A stretch of 64,000 nucleotides of DNA from NCBI GenBank assembly GCA_945874665.1, contig CAMCHJ010000004.1:1169-65168 (forward strand), read 5' to 3'. Origin of the DNA: Chitinophaga pinensis. Lineage in GTDB: Bacteria; Bacteroidota; Bacteroidia; UBA7662. The notes beneath the pieces are model-generated. The model was not told the DNA's origin. It ran no database searches and worked only from the letters and a program-made list of their open reading frames with translations. This document shows, in pieces, positions 59,095-64,000 of this stretch (positions are counted from its first letter, which is position 1; each line of letters opens with the position of its first letter). The position numbers and the translations under genes are program-made.

Positions 59095-59457
59095 TTATTC
59101 GATTGTGGTGCGAATAGCATCGTTCCACAGCTCTTCCAAAGCGTAAAACTCGCGCGCTTGCGGCTGAAAAACGTGGGCTACCACATTGCCATAATCCAAC
59201 AATACCCAAGAGGCGTTTTCACGGCCTTCTACGCTCAAAGGACGTTCCTTCAGCTTTATTTTCACTTCTTCCTCTGCTGAATCAGCTAGGGCTTTTACTT
59301 GTGTGGTTGACTCTGCTTGGCAAATCACAAAAAAATCGGCTACCCGATCTCGTATTCCCCTCAAATCCAGCAGTATAATATCTTTACCCTTCTTCTCCTG
59401 AAACCCGTGAATGATTACATCTTGCAACTCCTCTAAAGGTTGGCGTTCTTTCGACAT
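59095..59457 (-). CDS. rsfS: Ribosome silencing factor
   Basis: KKG.DI..LD, FVIC, WVLLDYG.V..HVF..RE.Y.LEELW. Confidence 0.95.
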   Translation of the reverse strand: MSKERQPLEELQDVIIHGFQEKKGKDIILLDLRGIRDRVADFFVICQAESTTQVKALADSAEEEVKIKLKERPLSVEGRENASWVLLDYGNVVAHVFQPQAREFYALEELWNDAIRTTIE

Positions 59458-59496
59458 GCGTTTTAATTACTTTTGTTGCAAAAGTACTGAATTCTT

Positions 59497-60264
59497 TTGC
59501 ATAACGACAGCGCATCCTTTTTACGCATCGGCCACGAGCTGCTGCAGGTAGAAGAAACCTCGAGCACCAACGACCTCCTGTGGAGCAAGGTGGAGCAGGG
59601 TTTACCCGATGGTGCGGCGGTGCAGGCAGCTTTTCAGTTCAATGGCAAAGGTCAAGCAGGGGCAGGTTGGCAAAGCGAGGCAGGCGCGAATATTTTATTG
59701 AGCTTTTATTTGAAGACTGGTTTTTTAGCTGCCAGCAACCAATTTCAGCTGAATATGGCGGTTGCTTTGGCCTTGAGCGATTTTGGGAAACTGTATTTGG
59801 GTAAGCAAGTGAAGCTTAAATGGCCGAATGATTTGTATTACAATGATAAAAAATGGGGCGGTGTGCTCATCGAAAACACCATCCAAGGCAATTTTTTATG
59901 CGATTCGGTGGTGGGCATTGGTCTCAACATCAACCAAACCTATTTTTCAAGCGAATTATCGCAGGCGGCCTCTTTTGCCACCATCACAGGCAATTATTAC
60001 AAGCTCCCTGATCTCCTCGACGGGCTTTTTGGCTTTTTAAATCGGCGTTTGTCGGCTTTAAAGACCGGTGCTCATTTTTCGCAACGCCGCGAATACCTCG
60101 AACGCCTGCTGGGTTTGGGTGAAAAGCGTATGTTTGAGTATCAAAACCAATTGCTGCACGCTACCATCGTAGATGTTGATGCGGAAGGCAGGCTGGTACT
60201 CGACAGCGCAATAGGGAGGATGGTAATGAACAACAAAGAAATTAAATTCCGTTTTGATGGCTAA
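59497..60264 (+). CDS. birA: Biotin-[acetyl-CoA carboxylase] ligase (no N-terminal HTH)
   Basis: SSTN, Q..GKGQ.G..W, KWPND, K.GGVLIE, GIGLNIN. Confidence 0.92.
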   Translation: MHNDSASFLRIGHELLQVEETSSTNDLLWSKVEQGLPDGAAVQAAFQFNGKGQAGAGWQSEAGANILLSFYLKTGFLAASNQFQLNMAVALALSDFGKLYLGKQVKLKWPNDLYYNDKKWGGVLIENTIQGNFLCDSVVGIGLNINQTYFSSELSQAASFATITGNYYKLPDLLDGLFGFLNRRLSALKTGAHFSQRREYLERLLGLGEKRMFEYQNQLLHATIVDVDAEGRLVLDSAIGRMVMNNKEIKFRFDG

Positions 60265-60970
60265 GCTGCAATATGTACTCGATGCAGGTAATACCCGCCT
60301 CAAAATCGGCCGTTTTGAAGGAGGAAATTTGGTGCAGGTGGAGGCCTTTGCCTTGGCCGATTGGCAGCAATACCGGCTGCCATTTCCTGCTCCTGCAGCT
60401 GCCCTGGCGTCGGTAAGTGTGCCCGAAGCCGATTTAGAAGTCTGGCTTCGCGAGCAGGGGGTGGAACGGGTGCTGCGTTTTGACCCCAGCGTGCCGGTGC
60501 CTTTTGACAGTGCTTATACCAGCCCTGAAACCCTCGGCAGCGACCGGAAAATGTTGATTTTGGGAGCTTTAAGCCGCTTTCCTGCCTGCAACCGCTTGCT
60601 TATTGGCATGGGTAGCTGCCTTACCTATGATTTGTTAACGGCTCAAGATTTACATTTGGGCGGCGATATCAGTCCGGGCATGCACATGCGCTGGCGTGCC
60701 ATGCACGAATTTACGGCCCGCTTGCCGCTGGTTACCGAACCCGAGCCGCTGCAGTGTTACGGTACCAACACCCTATCGGCCCTGCGCAGCGGTGTGGTGC
60801 AGGGCATGGTGGCCGAAATACAGGGCAGGATTAGGCAGTTGGAGCACGAAATACCAAACTTAACGATTATTTTAACTGGTGGTGACGCTCATTTTTTTGA
60901 AAAGCAGATCAATAGCCCCATATTTGCCGAGCCAAATTTGGCGTTATATGGCCTACATGCCTTACTTTAA
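60257..60970 (+). CDS. coaX: Type III pantothenate kinase
   Basis: DAGNTRLK, LGSDR, GG.ISPG, TGGDA. Confidence 0.92.
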   Translation: MAKLQYVLDAGNTRLKIGRFEGGNLVQVEAFALADWQQYRLPFPAPAAALASVSVPEADLEVWLREQGVERVLRFDPSVPVPFDSAYTSPETLGSDRKMLILGALSRFPACNRLLIGMGSCLTYDLLTAQDLHLGGDISPGMHMRWRAMHEFTARLPLVTEPEPLQCYGTNTLSALRSGVVQGMVAEIQGRIRQLEHEIPNLTIILTGGDAHFFEKQINSPIFAEPNLALYGLHALL

Positions 60971-62279
60971 GAAATATCTTTTGCGATTTTACACGGCATT
61001 AGTGCTGTTTTTTGCCTTTTCTGTCCATCAAGCCGCTGCGCAGGCCGAAAATTATGGCTCTCCGTACTCACGTTTTGGCTTGGGCGACCAACAGCCCTTG
61101 TCACTGGCTCACCACCGCGCCATGGGTGGCATCACCACCACTACCTACGACAGCGCTTCGCTTAATCTGGGGAATGCTGCCTCTTTGTCAGATCTCAAAT
61201 TAACAACCATCGAGTTTGGCGCCATTGGTAATATCGCCAATATTGCTACCAATTCGGCCTCTCAATACCGTTCTAACTTTAATTTTGGCTATTTGATGCT
61301 GGGCTTCCCCGTTAACAAACGCTGGGGAACGGCCATCGGCTTTCAGCCGTATTCTTTTACCAATTATAATTTGGTATCGAACGTTGATTCTGCTTTCCTT
61401 AGCTGGCGCGAAGAATACAACGGACGCGGTGGCCTCAATCAATTGAGCTGGAGCAACGGGGTGCATGTGGGCGGCGGCTTTCATTTGGGGGTGACAGCAA
61501 CGTATTTGTTTGGTACCATCAACCAAGAGCGCTCGTTTATTTTTCCTTTTCAAGACTCTTTGTTTTTGTTCAATGTCCGTAATTCCGACAAATTGAGGAT
61601 CAACGATGTGCAATTCAGTTTTGGCTTGCAGTACCGCAAAACCTTCAAGCTCAAGCCAGGCCAAACTCAAAAAAAATCAATTGCTTTTGGTGTAGTAGCT
61701 GAGCTGCCAAGTGCGCTCAATGCTTCGAATAGTTTTGTTTCAGAGCGCTTTACATTGGTTGGCAACTCCATTCGGGTGCGCGATACAGTTTCAAACCAAT
61801 CGGATGTTGGTGGTACGGTGCAATTGCCGTGGGCATTGTCGGCAGGCTTTCAATACAGCATCGATAACAAGCTGTTGATGGCGGTGGAGGCAAAATATAC
61901 CAATTGGACCGATTTCAGTCAGTTTGGCCGTCCCGATTCCATGCAAAACAGTCTACAGTTCGCCGCAGGCATGCAATACACGCCTAAATACAATGCCATT
62001 GGGGATGGTTCAGGCTGGAAAACAATCCGCTACCGGGCAGGCGTACGCTACAACAGCGGGGCTTTGGTGCTCAAGGGACAAGCGATCAGCGAACTTGGCA
62101 TGACCTTTGGTGTTGGTATTCCATTGAAGCGTCCTTACGCCATGCCGTACATGAATGTAACAGGTGAAATTGGACAAAGAGGCGATGTTTCAAATGGCTT
62201 GGTACGCGAAAGGTATACCCGAATAACGGTAGGGTTCACGCTCAACGACCGTTGGTTTATTAAAAGAAAATACGATTAA
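60957..62279 (+). CDS. Outer-membrane beta-barrel protein (FadL-like)
   Basis: SPYSRFGLG, AMGG, N.A.L plug region, C-terminal TLNDRWFIKRKYD. Confidence 0.75.
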   Translation: MPYFKKYLLRFYTALVLFFAFSVHQAAAQAENYGSPYSRFGLGDQQPLSLAHHRAMGGITTTTYDSASLNLGNAASLSDLKLTTIEFGAIGNIANIATNSASQYRSNFNFGYLMLGFPVNKRWGTAIGFQPYSFTNYNLVSNVDSAFLSWREEYNGRGGLNQLSWSNGVHVGGGFHLGVTATYLFGTINQERSFIFPFQDSLFLFNVRNSDKLRINDVQFSFGLQYRKTFKLKPGQTQKKSIAFGVVAELPSALNASNSFVSERFTLVGNSIRVRDTVSNQSDVGGTVQLPWALSAGFQYSIDNKLLMAVEAKYTNWTDFSQFGRPDSMQNSLQFAAGMQYTPKYNAIGDGSGWKTIRYRAGVRYNSGALVLKGQAISELGMTFGVGIPLKRPYAMPYMNVTGEIGQRGDVSNGLVRERYTRITVGFTLNDRWFIKRKYD

Positions 62280-62289
62280 AAATAAAGTC

Positions 62290-63630
62290 ATGAAGAAGAT
62301 GAAAAATTGGATGAAAGCAGCTCTGATGCTGGTAGTTTTTGGAGCAGCAGGCACTACCCAAGCGCAGGCCCAAATCACTGCCGGATGCGAACAGAAGTGG
62401 GGGCCGGATAGCGTAAAAACCATCCAAAATATTTCGGTTTATCGCGAATTTTTTAAGCAAAAAAACTATGCTTCTGCTTTGGAAGCTTGGACTTATGTTT
62501 TCCAAAATGCCCCTTGTTCCCGTGAGCAAACCCACGTAGATGGTGTGGCCATGTACAAGAGTTTTTTAGCCAACACCAAAGACCCCAAGCGTAAGCAGGA
62601 ATTGGTGGATACGGTGCTGCTCATTTATGACGTGCGTGCCGCCAATTTCCAAAAAAGCGCAGGTAGCGCCCTAGGTCGCAAAGGGGTAGACATGTTGAAT
62701 TTCCGTCCCGAACCCAACACCGCCATACTCAAAACCTTTGAGCATGCCGTTGCTTTGGGAGGCAATGAAACTGAGTCTTTTGTATTGTCATACTACTTTA
62801 AGGTAGCGTTGAAGGAGTTTTCAGGTGGCGGACTTACCAAGGAGCAAGTCATTGCCATTTATGAAAAGCTCTCAAAAATTGCTGATTACAACATCGCTGC
62901 CAATCAGAGTGCGGATAAATTTATCGAAAGCAAGCAAAGCTTAGATGGCGATTTGGCTGGTAACATCATCAAAGACTGTGACGAAATCATCACCCTTTTT
63001 GAGGGCAAGTACAAGGCCGACAAAACCAACAAAGACCTCCGTGATTTGATTTACAGTTTGCTGCTCAGCAAAGGGTGTTCCGACAAAGACCTCTTCATGG
63101 AAGTGGCTACTGCCAAGTACAACGAAGCCCCAAATGCCCGTTTGGCACACATTTTAGCGCGCAAACTCCAGCAAAGCGACAATGTAGCCAAGGCCGCCGA
63201 TTTTTACCAGAAGGCCATTGAAGGAGCCGAAAACGATTCTATCAAAGCCCAATACAATTACGATTTTGCCACTTTATACAGCAGCAACAAGCAGTTTTCA
63301 AGGGCCCGTCAGTTGGCACAAGAAGCCGCGCGTTTGCAGCCACGTTGGGGCAAGCCACTCGTTTTCATCGGTGATTTGTATGCCGCCAGCTACAGTCAGT
63401 GTGGCAGCGGCATCGATGCCCAAGCGGTATACTGGGCCGCCGTTGACAAATACCAGCGCGCCAAAAACATAGATCCAAGCGTTGCTGAGGAAGCCACTAC
63501 CAAGATCAACAAATACGCAGGCTACTTCCCTTTAAAAGAAAATCTCTTCTTCGCAGGCATTACCCCAGGCAGCAGCTTCAGCGTAGGTTGTTGGATTGGC
63601 GAAAGCACTACGGTTAGAAGTTCCGACTAA
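62290..63630 (+). CDS. Exported TPR-repeat protein
   Basis: Signal peptide, helical repeats, YWAAVDKY..AK..DP, CWIGESTTVR. Confidence 0.8.
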   Translation: MKKMKNWMKAALMLVVFGAAGTTQAQAQITAGCEQKWGPDSVKTIQNISVYREFFKQKNYASALEAWTYVFQNAPCSREQTHVDGVAMYKSFLANTKDPKRKQELVDTVLLIYDVRAANFQKSAGSALGRKGVDMLNFRPEPNTAILKTFEHAVALGGNETESFVLSYYFKVALKEFSGGGLTKEQVIAIYEKLSKIADYNIAANQSADKFIESKQSLDGDLAGNIIKDCDEIITLFEGKYKADKTNKDLRDLIYSLLLSKGCSDKDLFMEVATAKYNEAPNARLAHILARKLQQSDNVAKAADFYQKAIEGAENDSIKAQYNYDFATLYSSNKQFSRARQLAQEAARLQPRWGKPLVFIGDLYAASYSQCGSGIDAQAVYWAAVDKYQRAKNIDPSVAEEATTKINKYAGYFPLKENLFFAGITPGSSFSVGCWIGESTTVRSSD

Positions 63631-63634
63631 ATCA

Positions 63635-64000
63635 ATGCGCCTCCTGTTTGTATGGTTGCCAGTGTTGGCGTGGGCTTGTTCCAACTCCGACGAAAAGCTA
63701 CAGCAGTTTGTAGCAGGCAAAGAAATGCAGCAGGAAACAGGGCGCGACGTGACCCTGATCTACTCCGATTCTGCGGTAATTAAGGTACGTATCACAGCAC
63801 CGCTGCTGGTACGTACATCGGGTGAAAACCCGGTTACCGACATGCCGGAGGGGATCAGGGCCCTTTTTTTTGATGCCAATGGCCGCCAAAATAGCATCCT
63901 TACCGCCAACCGAGCTGTTCAATATCCCAACAAGGGCCTGATGGAAGCCCATGGCAATGTAGTGGTTGTAAACGAGGCCGGCGACACCATGTACACCGAA
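63635..64000 (+). CDS. lptC: LPS export ABC transporter periplasmic protein LptC (runs off right edge)
   Basis: Manual translation MRLLFVWLPVLAWACS...YSDSA.IK...P.GI...FFD...LTAN.A...GNVVVVN..GDT.YTE. Not in the ORF track. Confidence 0.8.
   Translation, partial: MRLLFVWLPVLAWACSNSDEKLQQFVAGKEMQQETGRDVTLIYSDSAVIKVRITAPLLVRTSGENPVTDMPEGIRALFFDANGRQNSILTANRAVQYPNKGLMEAHGNVVVVNEAGDTMYTE

Overview
A 64-kb, gene-dense chromosomal segment from a Bacteroidota bacterium. The lineage call rests on TAnnTTTG -7 promoter boxes, T9SS C-terminal sorting domains, and typical gene clusters (gcvH-vanZ, rsfS-ftsH-lutC-lpxH, birA-coaX-OMP-TPR-lptC, a triple PPIase operon). Most of it is core genome: gcvH, trhO, waaA, AsmA, tRNA-Val(TAC), glgP, tdk, recA, PBP1A, lemA-TPM-TPM, FNR-Fdx-ruvX-def, polA, tkt, prfA, lpxH, ftsH, rsfS, birA, coaX, lptC. 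I see no integrase, IS transposase, rRNA or CRISPR array. The most unusual feature lies directly behind tRNA-Val: a 114/115-bp-period array with three identical 68-bp cores. Each core is an inverted near-copy of the tRNA's own 3' trailer/terminator with the hairpin swapped, and the array is rich in GC-GCA-GC mini-hairpins. About 2 kb away is an Rpn (PD-(D/E)XK) nuclease gene preceded by four helically phased ACAAAC boxes. A candidate ~65-nt small RNA lies near 42.2 kb. All calls come from reading motifs by eye; no database searches were run.
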